From contig JAAOMT010000620.1 in NCBI GenBank assembly GCA_016748015.1, positions 98,940-162,939 on the forward strand: a DNA stretch of 64,000 bases. The letters are read 5' to 3'. The translations under genes were made by a program, and so were the position numbers. Shown here one piece after another: positions 40,196-52,302 of this stretch; the stretch's first letter is position 1; the number at the start of each line of letters is the position of its first letter. Below the pieces are notes generated by a model. It did no database searches, was not told the origin of the DNA, and worked only from the letters and a program-made list of their open reading frames with translations. This DNA comes from Geosiphon pyriformis uo1 (lineage: Eukaryota; Fungi; Glomeromycota).

Positions 40196-41734
40196 ATGTC
40201 AAAAAACACGAACCAAAAGCGAACAGCAATCTTCTTGGAGACTAAAAAAGCTCTCTATCAGTACAAACTAGAGCATCCTAACTACTCAACAAATAGACTT
40301 ATCAAAATATTTAATCTAAAGATTGACCACTCTACTGTAACAAAGATACTCGCGAAATCAGACTGATGGATTGAAAAAAATGTATTTGACAACTCTGGTC
40401 AATTGACAAAGAACAGAAAAGAGATGTTTCCAAAGATAAATGATGCACTAAGAGAATGGATGCTTGGAGCACTAGCTACCAACTGCATTCTTACTGGAAA
40501 AATTTTACAAATGAAAGCCCTCAAGTTTGCTGAAAAGTTTCTGGAAAAAAATAACTTTAAAGCATCAGATAGTTGGTTAGAAAAGTTCAAGAAATGTCAT
40601 AATTTGCACCATATTAAGATGCATGGCAAAACAAACAGTGCCCCCTTGGAAATTTTATCAGAAAAATGAGAGAAACTGCATGAGATTATCAGCAAATATG
40701 ATCTAAATAATATTTACAATACCAATAAAACAGCATTATTCTTTAGAATGCCACCAAATACAACTTTGGCAACAAGATCTATTTCTGGCACTAAGTGTGA
40801 TAAGAGTCAAATTACCATACTTCTTGCTTGTAACACAACAGACAGCATCAAGTTGCAGTCTTTAATTATTAGCAAAGCCACAAAGCCACGATATTTTCAC
40901 AATATTAATATAAATGCACTTCTAATCACTTATTGTTACAATACAAAAGCATAGATGTGAACCAATATTTTTAATAAATGGCTTAATTTATTAAATGAAA
41001 AAATATGTTATAAGAAAAAAAAAATTTTGCTATTGCTTGATAATACTGGTCCCCATGGTAGAGAATCTTCTGTATTATCTAATATTATGATTAGATACCT
41101 ACCATCCAATACAACATCCCATTTGCAACCATTAGATACAGAAATTATTGCATCTTTTAAGACACAATACCAAAAGTTGTTTCTTTTTTATCTTATTAAT
41201 CAGTATGATGGCAAGATTTCAATATCAATAGTAACATTAAAGAATGTGGTTGACTTTCTAATTAATGTGTGGTCAGCAGTAACAACAACTACAATCCAAA
41301 ACTGTTGGCATCATATGAAAATTCTGAATAATAGTTAAATGCCAATCTATCCATTAGATATTGAACAAGAATTCTTACAAGAAGTACAAGTTTTTATTGA
41401 GCACATTGATATTGATAAGCTATTAGCAATAAACTTCATTAATATTGACAAGTTTAAACCATTATTTACTTATGTCTTAGAAGATGAAATTGTGGATCTT
41501 ATTAATAACAAGTATAATAAAAATTCTAATGCAAATGAAGATTTAGAAAGTAAAAATGAAGATGAACTTTTGCCTTTGTTATCTACACATCAAGGTAAAA
41601 TTACACTTAAAGATACATTGCACTATTGTGAAAAGCAGTATAGTGAAAAAATTGATTCAGACTTTTTTAAAACTTTGAGAACATTAATTCATAATACTGT
41701 TTTCAAAGTTCAAGAAGAGAAAAAACAGTTGTAA
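40196..41734 (+). pseudogene. pogo/Tigger (CENP-B-like HTH + DDE_1) transposase with nonsense mutations
   Basis: MSKNTNQKRTAI..., FKASDSWLEKFKK, MHGKTNSAP, IYNTNKTALFFRMPP (=NxDET), LLLLDN, LPSNTTSHLQPLD, TIQNCW. Confidence 0.92.
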
Positions 41735-43454
41735 ATAGATAGTTTTTTTAAATAAAATATATATAATTGGTTATTATATTATGTATGTGATATATAGATT
41801 ATGTGATAAGATATTAATCATTTTTTATAGTTCTATCTTTCTATAGTCACCACAAATATGCTAACCAAAAAGTGCAATTATAAAGAGAGTTCACTATACA
41901 ACTTTATATTTTTTGAAAAACATTATAAAGACTTTTTAAGTAGCAATGATAAAATAGATGAAATAATTAAGAATCTAATCTATATTTTACCTAATAATAA
42001 AAGATATAATTAGTAGAAAAATAAATAGATGTTTAAATTATTATGAATTAATTCCATAGAAATGTTTGTTTAATATCTACAAAATTACTAGAAAAGAATT
42101 TAGTATAATTTATAAAACAAACTTAACTGATAGAATTATTAGTTGATTCAGAATAAAACATTAAAATGAAATAAAATATGAAAGAGAAAGAATAGACACA
42201 GAAATAGCAATAAAAATTATTTCAAAGAACAATTTAAAAGTATTTAAAAAGGTAAATAAACTATTATAATTTATATATTAATATTCAATTTATATCTAAT
42301 TAATTAATTAATTAATTTACTTTTATATATATTGTGTTAATAGTTAAATATTTAAAAAGCTATGTTTACAAATAACAATGGTAGAGTTTTAAATAATATT
42401 ACTCTAATATAGAGAATTACACAAAATACTAAAACATTCAAGTATAGAATTTTAATAGAGTTTGCTGAAAATAGGAATATGTGAAAATATTTATCAAAAA
42501 ATTTTGATTCTATATGTTGGTCTATAAATTAATTATGGCATAGATAATAGCCAATAGACTTGAATCAATTCATTCTTTTGGTATAATTTATTATGACTTA
42601 TATTTGAACAACATTCTATAATATAGAAATTATATGTTTAACAAGACAGAAATTTTTAACCTTAGATTATGTCAACCAGTAAACAATAAAGCAACAACAA
42701 TAACAACAATAACAACAACAACAACAGAAAAAACAGAAAAAACAGAGGAAAAAAAGATATATAAAGTAATTTCATACATTTTACCAGAAGTTTTAAAAGA
42801 AGAAAAGTTTATTTCAGCTGGTAATATTTATAGTTTTTCTATGTCATTATGGGGAATTAGCAACAAAAAAGCCTTCTTTTCATGATTATTTTCATGATAA
42901 TACTTTTATAATGAATATTCTTTATAATAGTATTAAATTTAAGAATATCTTTCTACTTATTCTACTTTCAATTGCCAAAATAATTATAAAGTATTGGAAT
43001 GTTAATCCTGAAAATTGTCCTACTGCCAGAGAAGTTAAAGATCAGTTTCAGGAATTTAAGAACATATTTGGGAGATCTATGTTTGGGCTCCGTACCATAG
43101 AGTCTAAAACTCAAGTTGCAAAGTTTTTAGAATTAAGAAAATACATAAAAGAAATGGTAAAAAACGAATTAATAAGGCCAACACCTATTTATCCAGGAGC
43201 ATTTTATACAAGTCATCTTTTAACTGCACAGATGGTTAATTTTTCTAAAGGTTAGTTTATTTAATTTAATCTAATTAATTCATTAATTTATTTTACTATA
43301 CATTATATATCAAAAATATTTATATCAATTTACTTTACTTTACTTTACTTTATATAAGGATTAGTGTATTTTACCTGAAAGTAAGAAATTACATCTATCA
43401 TTAATCATTAATGAAATTTATCCTTTTGTATAATAACATTTATTATTTTTTTTA

Positions 43455-43456
<2 letters not shown>

Positions 43457-43489
<33 letters not shown>
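43457..43489. repeat. (TATC)n microsatellite
   Basis: Direct inspection. Confidence 0.9.
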
Positions 43490-44834
43490 GTATATTTAGA
43501 AACCGACTCGACAACAAGCCCTTTAGAAAGATTTTTAAAATATATTCAATCCTTTAAAAAACCAAGAAATGCGATGAGATAGCAAATCCCTTATTTCAGG
43601 AGCAGTTTATACAAGTCGTCTTTTAATAATTGAAGAGACAAAAAAGGTTAATTTATCTATTTTTTGTATTTAATTAATTTCATTGATTTAATTATTATTA
43701 TTATTATTATTATTATTATACAGTATATAATTACAATTTACTTTATTTCAATTCTTAAAAGAATTTGTTTATATACCTGAAGGTAAGTGTTAAAAAAAGT
43801 TAGAATATAATTAGTATGTACTCTTATTTATTTTTATTATTATATTTTAATGAAAATTAATAAATTTTAAATTTTACGTTATAAAATTTATATACATTTT
43901 ATATTAAAAAAAAATCAATTAAAAATTAAAAACATATATATATTTATCCAAGTTTTCTAAATAAATATATATTAAAAAAATTTAAAATTTATTTTTATTT
44001 TTATTTTTAAATATTTATTTATTAATTATATGTTAATATAATATTAGTAAAACAAAATTTTAAATATAAATTAAAATACAAATATAAAATAAAAAATATT
44101 ATATTTTAAATAAAAATTTTATTTTTTAATATGTTTGTAGCCCAATATTTTTGAATGTTTCGAAATAGTTGAGTAATAGCTTTTGAGCAATATTTTTGGG
44201 ATATATAATATTATCCAATCATTTTTGATATTTCCATTTGTAATTTTTTTTTGGACAACTATTTCCTTTTCTATGTTTTCTGTTGTATTTTATCTTTAAT
44301 AGTTTTGGATATTGTAATAGATAATTGACGTGGAAAATTTGCTAATACTATTTAGTTTGAATTCTGAACAGATCTCTCTTTCAATAAATGTATTAAAACT
44401 TTATACCATGTGTTTTATATATTAGACGGAACCATTTTTTTGTCTATAATTGAGCAAAAATATGAAAGTAAAATATGGAAGAAAAATATGTTTTAAAACT
44501 TGTAAAATAATATCGTATTTTAATTTTAAATTATAAAAAATAAAAATTGGTTGTTTGAAATGTAAATTATTTGATAATAGAAAATCGTAAAATTTTAAAA
44601 TGTATACTGCAGAATAAATATTATTAATTAATTCAAAATTGAGCTTTTGAATTTTTCCATTGTAAAAAAACTAAATTAATGCTAACTAGCAAGATAATTT
44701 GAGAATAAAAAAATTTATATATGTCTAATTAGAATTAAAACTCAATTATCAAGTTTTATGTTAGACATAAAAATATTAATATTTAAAATTTTAAAATTTT
44801 AAAATTTTTTATCAAAATTTTTTTTTTACAGAAA

Positions 44835-46154
44835 CTAATTTTTATTTTCAACTTCATGATCACAACCACTATTTTCAGTCAGTTCATTCAATACATCATA
44901 AGTTTCTGAATTGAAACCCTGCAAATATTTTTGACTCAAGAACTGAGAAAGCAATTTAACTTTTCTTTTCAAAATTTCAATCTCATTCATTTGAACTTTA
45001 GACGACGGAGTCGATTGCCATCTCTCATTTGAATGACTCATCATCGTATCAACTCCCAACATCAAATTATTGTTTAATTCCGATAACGGAGAATGAGATG
45101 GTGATCGATCAATTTTGAAACACGGAACATTAACATTTTGTTGGGCCAAAGTCGGAGAAAGATCATGTAAAATGTCTGCGCATTTAGACTTTGATTTTTG
45201 GCGGTTTTTCTTGGCGTCAGGGGAACTTTGGAGAAGATATTGTTGGATTATACCCCAAGACTTAAATTTCCCATTACCAAAAAGGATTAGCCATATGGCA
45301 GAAATATAGGTCAACAAGCCACCGACAGATGCAATAAAGTCAAACAAATTATAAGCTATCTTTTCTGTATATTTTGTGACCTTTGAAATAATATGAAAAT
45401 TTTATTTAATCATTAATTGCGGGGGTGTGATAAAAGATTTATCATAGAAACTTACCAAAAAATCGATTGGAAAATAAATAATCTCACATATTAGAATTCC
45501 ATCATTTCCCTTTTTATGCTGAAACTTTTCACTCTCTTTATACCAGTGACTATTTCCTTCTACATCAATCCTCTCAATCGCTTTGAACGTGAGCTTATGA
45601 AGCTCACCGTCTCTTAATTCGAATGTATTCCCTTCTTGATAATTGTCAACCCCTACATTTGTAATATAAAAGAAACCAATTACTGGATCTTTCAAAGGAG
45701 TTTTTCGATTACCCCAAAATCTGATTCTAATCGATTCTATTCCTTCTCGTTTATAAATTAATCTCGAGTCATTTGATCGCTGAAATAATAAACATGGAAC
45801 TCGAAATTCTTCATAAGGTTTGAATTTGATTCTTGTAGAATTTGATGCTGTTCCATTCATAAAAATATAATCGGAGGTTATATTATTATCCGCCATTTGA
45901 TATTCTATTGTCACTTTTTCTATGGTCGTTTCAACGCAAATAAATGCGTCTGGGACTGGAATACCATTGGTATATTTATCATTAAGTAGTGAAATAGATA
46001 TTAATGGCTCTTGGTTGTTAAATAATTTTTTAAAGTTTGGGGTTGAGACAATAATAATAAGTGCACAAAGAGTGATAAAAACTAGAAGACGAATTCCTAG
46101 TTCTGGATTTCGTTTTAAGTAACTTATTTTTCTAAAAAGCTTTGAAAAAAACAT
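44835..46154 (-). CDS. Two-exon, two-transmembrane protein (~414 aa), DEG/ENaC-like topology
   Basis: Exons 46154-45456 and 45380-44835 with a GTAAGT...AAG intron in frame. TM1 IRLLVFITLCALIIIV; ~190-aa loop; TM2 FIASVGGLLTYISAIWLILFG; C-terminal coiled-coil-like tail. The gene model is more secure than the functional call. Confidence 0.8.
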
Positions 46155-49100
46155 AATTTTCAAAGATAAAATAAAAAATATTTTCTAGCACTAAATGCAA
46201 TGAATATATAAATTTGAAAATGATATTATAAAAAAAAAAAAGACTAATATATATATATATATGTGAAAAAAGTTTCTGAAAATAGATGAATATCAGGAAA
46301 ATTAATTTTTTTTCTTATTTTTGTAGATAGGAAAAAAATTTCAAAAAAAAAATGCTTTATTAAAATTTTTTTAACAAAATAGAGATACTAATATTTCTTA
46401 TAAAAAAGGATAATTATTTTACTTATTTATTTATTTATTTGCTTGTTTGTTTTTTTGTAAGTTTTAAATTTGGGAATGGGCTTTACTTTAGATAAATTAT
46501 GGATAATCAAAAGTTCTTTCGGGATTTTCTAAATCAACCAAATAAACTAAACGAGGATAAAATTGAATGAAATTTATAAAAAATAATAATTATAAATATT
46601 TTTACTTTGAGATAGTATTCAAAATTTTAAAAATGAAGAAAATTTTTTAACGAATAATTGGTGATAATTATTCCAGGAAATATCTTTAAACTACTTATCA
46701 TTAATAATATTCATTTTCTATAGATAAAAATTCTAGGTAAACATTCATAAACAGATTCAATCTATACACCGAGTAGAAAGTATTGGTAGAATGATTGATC
46801 TTTAGAATTTATTTGCTTGTTTTTGTTTTTTTAAAAAAAAATTTGTGTAAAAAGTACATGTATCATCATGCTACCCGTTACTTCTTAATAACAACCAAAA
46901 TTTCACAAAGAAAACATTTCCATTAAATTTTTCTTTTAGTAATAAATTTTTTTTAAAAGAATAAAATTTTAATCTCTTGAATATAAAACCCATTCAGTCA
47001 AATCCATCATACAAAATATTTGATACAGCTTATTTTCTTACTTTTGAAGAGTATTTTAATAATTATTTTTATTAAATTTTATAATATATATAATAAATTA
47101 TTTTTTATCAAAATTATATATTTTTTTTTAATTACTAAAAATTCTAAAATTTTACAAAGTTTAGTAATTGTAATCTAGAATTTTTAACGATAAAAATTTT
47201 ATTTATCAATTATTTAAATTTTAATTTAAAAAAAAATTCAATTAACTTTATTAATTTTTATTTGCTAAGATTTTTTTTATTAAATTTACAATATTTTATT
47301 TTTTGAATATTTATTTTTTAATAAAGATAATTTTATTATTAATATTTAAAAAAAAAATTATAATTGTAAAGTTTGTTGTAATTTTTGTTTAATTATTATG
47401 ACTTTTTATAATGTTTTTTAAAAATATTTTTTGTTAATAATATTAAAATTGTTTTTTTTTATTGTTACGATTAAAGTGTGATTTATTTATTAATTATAAC
47501 ACAAAATTGCAATATTCTGTAAACAGTTATAAATTATGCTTTTTCTAAATATAATCAGCTATATAAATCAATTTAGATTTTAATAACTATAATATCAAAT
47601 TTATAATATATATATATACTTGAATTATAAAATTAATTACATAAAAAAACTTCAATTTAATATATATATATATATATTAATAAAAACTAAAATTTTCAAT
47701 TTAAATAAACTAATATTAGATATCTTAAATTAACAATACTATTAATTTTTAAAACAAATTAGACAATAAAGTTTATGTTTATTAAACAACTGTTTTTTTG
47801 TTAAGTATTTTGCAATTTGTTTTTAAACATCTAAATTAACTTTTTTGTAAAAATTCAAACTAAAAATTTTAACAAATTTAAAAAATAATATATCAAGCTT
47901 ATTTTTTAATTAATTTTAATTGGTTTTAATAAATTGTATCAAAATATACAGAAGAATAAAATAAATTTTTTTAAAAAAATAACAAAAACAAAAACCAGAA
48001 CTTAACATTAATACTATCTGTCAAAAAATTTGCATCTTCTTAATTAATTTTTACCACAACATGGTAAAAAACAAGCAAACCATTGTCTAATTAATTTTGG
48101 TTATTACTACCAGTCTCGGTTTATTGGTCAATACTGGTTTGCTCCTAAAAGAGATAGATCTCTCATGAGAACTTGGTTTCCATCAACATACAGGTATGTA
48201 AATATGGTAACCAAATTGCTGATCGTGTCCCATATTACATGAGATTGATCCTCATCACTATGATTATTATTATTATTATATGTTCTTTGCATAACAGATA
48301 AATATGAAACTTCATTTCTTATGTTGGATTTTTTGATTTTGAATAAAAATGGCCTTGTGTTAATCTAAGCGTTGGCATATTAATTTCGGGTTTTCGTGAT
48401 ATGTAAATGATTTTTTGTCAAGATCCTATGAAATCTATGGAAGCTCGTTTTTGAATTCATTATTATCATTAAATATCAAAGAACTGATTTTAAAAGGTTG
48501 GCTGAAAATCATATGCTCTTTACGCATTCACCCTGATACGTAATTTGTAATGTGATGCTGACAATATAATAGTATTGCAAAAAAAAACTAAAAGAGAGAA
48601 ATGCTAGCGTGACGCTGAAACACTGATACTTCCAAACATTAGATCAAACCCTGTAATTAAAGAAAGAAAGGAGAAACATCTATTCTACTTAAGTAATATC
48701 GTTTATTATTATCATATCTAAAATTGATTTGAAACCTTTTAATGTTTGGAGGTGTTTCTCATTGTCGGCTATGAAATATGACACCATTTTTTTTATGCTG
48801 CGACCATTTAATTTTTTATTTTTTTAGCAGCGAGATAAATATGGACGCCCATGACTGACCCTGCTATAACCATTTACATTGTTCTCTTATTTGTCTCATG
48901 GTTTAAGGGATGTGAATTTTAATTCCCATACTGATCGAATTAACCATTTTAGGATAAACGAGCCAAAAAAAAAGAGTCATGAGGATCTGCTTAATAAAAA
49001 AATTTGTCAGCTGATAACAAAATTTTCGAAAGATGAAAACACGTTTAATGATGACATAGTAAAAACTCTGGAGTTTATCTTCAAATCAATTATACTAAAA

Positions 49101-49351
49101 AAGTCTAGTTACTCCCACCCTTGTATTCATGTATTCGTGTGAAATACAAACGCGTAGTTTTTAATAAACGATCTTATGTCAAAATCAACAAATTAGAGGC
49201 AATTTAATATATAAAGAGGTGTTCTTTGCCATTCAAGCAAATTTTATCCTATATAGGACTAATACTATCAAGGAGAAAGGTAATATTGCTATGTTTAATG
49301 TGATTTACTCTTGCCTTTTGCTTTTTTAGGGCGAACCCACTATCGGCTCCT

Positions 49352-49893
49352 AATGACAAATTACTGGCGTCCACCAACTCATGAACATAAACACCAATAA
49401 CCAGTATGAAAATACTGGTGTCCACTAACTCATTTACATAAACAGGACGAAACTACCGGTGTCCATCAACTCACGAACATAACCAGGACGAAATTACTGA
49501 CGTCCACCAACTCACGAACATAAACACCTATAACCAGGATGAAATTACCGGCGCTCACCAACTCACGAACATAAACACCTATAACCAGGACGAAATTACC
49601 GGCGTCCACCAACTCACGAGCATAAACTCCTATAACCAGGATGAAATTACCGGCGTCCACCAACTCACGAACATAAACACCTATAACCAGGATGAAATTA
49701 CCGGCGCTCACCAACTCACGAACATAAACACCTATAACCAGGATGAAATTACCGGCGTCCACCAACTCACGAACATAAACACCTATAAGAAGGACGAAAT
49801 TACCGGCGTCCACCAACTCACGAGCATAAACACCTATAACCAGGATGAAATTACTGGCGTCCACCAACTCACGAACATAAACACCTATGACCA
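49352..49893 (+). repeat. 51-nt tandem array (8 full + 3 degenerate units); plus frame reads NQDEITGVHQLTNINTY
   Basis: Unit aaccaggatgaaattaccggcgtccaccaactcacgaacataaacacctat starts at 49481, 49532, 49583, 49634, 49685, 49736, 49787 and 49838. Confidence 0.95.
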
Positions 49894-51312
49894 GTCATTA
49901 ACAACTCAACAATATCGAATAAACGAATAACGAATATGGAATAAAACATTGATCACCAGATAACTGAAATTAAATTTCAGGGTTAGGTGGTGAGGAATTG
50001 ATGATTGTTAGTCTGTTATCCATGCCTTTTGCGGGAGTGGGTGGGGATAGTTTAGAAGTAAGAGGGCATAACCCAGCGTGGTTACCGAGGCATTTGTGAT
50101 GATTGACTAGCGAGTGACAGGTATTACTTTTGTAATACTAAGGGAGTTATTAAAATCTTCTTTGCTAAGATTCTTAATACCCTTGTATGTTGAAGCTCGC
50201 CATATTTGTCAATTATCTTTTCTATATCCATCTAGTCTATATAGGAATAAAACTTTATCAGTATATAACAAAGTTATCAGGGAAGGGTTTTTACAATGCC
50301 AAAATGGTTCACCCGTTGCCAATTTGATAAACTTTTGTTATTTACTGTTTATCGTTTAAGCCTATCGAAATTTAACTCAGAAATTTGAAATGATCGATAT
50401 AGAATATGTAAGAAACTTAATGTATAATAAAATAATATAATCAATACAAGTATTTTTAAATAAATAATAAAAAAATGCATAAAATGCTTTTTTACTGTAT
50501 AAAAAGAAAACTCTTTGCCCTTTCTATCGAAATATATTAATTTTATCAAGTTCGAATGAAAAATTTACCATTTTCGAGAAAAAATGACGGGTAAATGTAT
50601 ATGAAAAAAATCACATCTTTATTATAAATAAACAAAAATCAAAAGAATTTAAATGAGAGTCTGTTTTGAAAAAAACTTTAGAAATTAGGAATTTAAATGC
50701 AAGAATGGTTATTCCTTTGACAAATTTAACCGATTAATTTTAAAAAGAAAAAATTTTTTCATGTCAATATGAGGAAAATTGTTTCTTCCAAACAAATTTT
50801 TTCGTGTAAAAGATGGCAAAAACCAAAATAGACTGACGGAAAGATGTATTTGGAAAGCCTTATCGCTTTTATTCGGAATAAAGTGATATACCATACATAG
50901 CTTAAAATTCATATTTTACAGAAAAAAATCTTCAAATTTTTTTGGTTTGCGGATTTTGCTAATTGTTCCGGGAAAGAAAAAATTTCTTGACTTTATTATT
51001 CCTTTAAATTTTTTATTAATCTGCAATTTTCATATTCAAATATATTAAAGTTAATTGATTTGGAATTTTTTTTTACTTTAAGCAATTAATTTTTTTTGAT
51101 CAAATATAATTCATTTATACTTTTCAAATTACATGTAGTATTTTACCAGTTTCAATCGACAATATGAATCTACTAAGATTGCGTTTGGTTTAACCATTTT
51201 TGGTAAGTTTTGTGACGGTAAAAATGGAAACAGAATATTAGGTAAGTGGCTGAGCTTTAAAAACATTTTCTCGCGTATTAACTAATAGTTTTTTTTAAAA
51301 CTTGTCTTTGAA

Positions 51313-52008
51313 ATGCCGACTTCAAAGCAAGAAACGCAACGGCAAGTCGTATTACATTTTTGGAAGCAAGGAATAAGAAAGGCGAAAGAAATACAGAATA
51401 AAACGAATATACCCCTTTCTACAATCTATAATATCCTTGAAAAACTCAAAAAAAAAAGGAACAATAAAGCATGCGAGTGGTAATGGTCGGCCAAAGAAAG
51501 ATTACGGGATAGGTTTCTACGAAAAAGGAAAGACTAATTTATTCTGTTTGTTCAAATAATGAATGCTCAATTTTATATATTCTTCGTAACCACTTACCTG
51601 AAATTAGAGCAATCCTGGGGTATAATTGGCGATTCCAACAAGATAATGACCTCAAGCATACTAGCAAGCTTGCCAAAGAGTTTATTGCTGAGAATACAAC
51701 TGATTTGTTGGGGTGGCCATCTAATAGTCCCGACTTAAACCCAATAGAAAACCTTTGGGCTATTGTTAAAAAGAATGCCTCAAAATCGTAGTGAATTAAA
51801 GAAATTTATGGGGGAAGAGTGGCAAGATATTCCTGAATCTACCTTAATTGGGTTAGTAGGATCAATGAGGAAAGAATTTCCTATTAATTTTTTTTAATAA
51901 AATTATATGGTATTTGAATTTCTAATATTAGTTGTTTTATGTAATTTGATACATTAGTTAAGACATAGTAATTATTTTTATATTTCCAATTTTTTTCTTA
52001 CCAGACTG
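51313..52008 (+). mobile_element. Internally deleted Tc1/mariner (DDE_3) transposon remnant
   Basis: MPTSKQETQRQVVLHFWKQG...IPLSTIYNIL (HTH), GRPKK, WRFQQDNDLKHTS, WPSNSPDLNPIENLW. Candidate right end ...CCAGACTG|TA at 52001-52010; left TIR not found. Confidence 0.85.
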
Positions 52009-52302
52009 TATGTAATACATACAGTATTTGTTGGCATTTAGCAAAGTTTATTATTACAAAGACCTTTAGATCTCTTCAAAAATTTTTGTAAATATAAAAA
52101 ATCAATTATTCTATTAATTTATTCAGACGAGGATAAGAATTAAGAAAATATTTGGATAAATACAATATAACTTTAGTCTTTTTAAAGAGCTACTCTAATA
52201 AAATTTTAAAGTATTAAATTCGAAAAAAGTAAGTCTTCTAAACTTGAAAATTCTGTTGGAAGAGAAAAAAATACGGTTGATTCTGTACAAAAATTTGAAA
52301 GT

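Larger units (their letters stand above)
37631..41896 (+). mobile_element. pogo/Tigger-type DNA transposon (4.27 kb) with TIRs, TA target duplication and cargo
   Basis: Left end TA|CAGTGAATTCTCTTTATA; right end TATAAAGAGAGTTCACTA|TA. Subterminal TATCTT(C/T)(T/C)TATAGTCAC repeats at ~37722, ~37751 and ~41834. Transposase lies in the right third. Confidence 0.88.
37519..43720 (+). pseudogene. Tyrosine-kinase-like kinase pseudogene split by the pogo element
   Basis: 5' part MENKKINRYYLDTHDYNKCEF...YNYCSI joins in frame across the TA site to YNFIFFEKHYKDFLSSNDKIDEIIK. Decayed subdomains follow: EIAIK, EFAENRN, FNLRLC (=DLGLC), ISYILPEVL, NIYSFSM, YWNVNPENCPT, YPGAFYTS. Many stops. Confidence 0.8.

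Noticed and set aside
49466-49867. Minus-strand ORF (VDAGNFILVIGVYVREL)n as a borosin-like RiPP precursor
   Set aside because: No ATG, in-frame stops just upstream, no methyltransferase domain, and unit variation favours the plus frame.
49352-49893. CRISPR array
   Set aside because: Units are head-to-tail with no unique spacers, there are no cas genes, and the context is eukaryotic.
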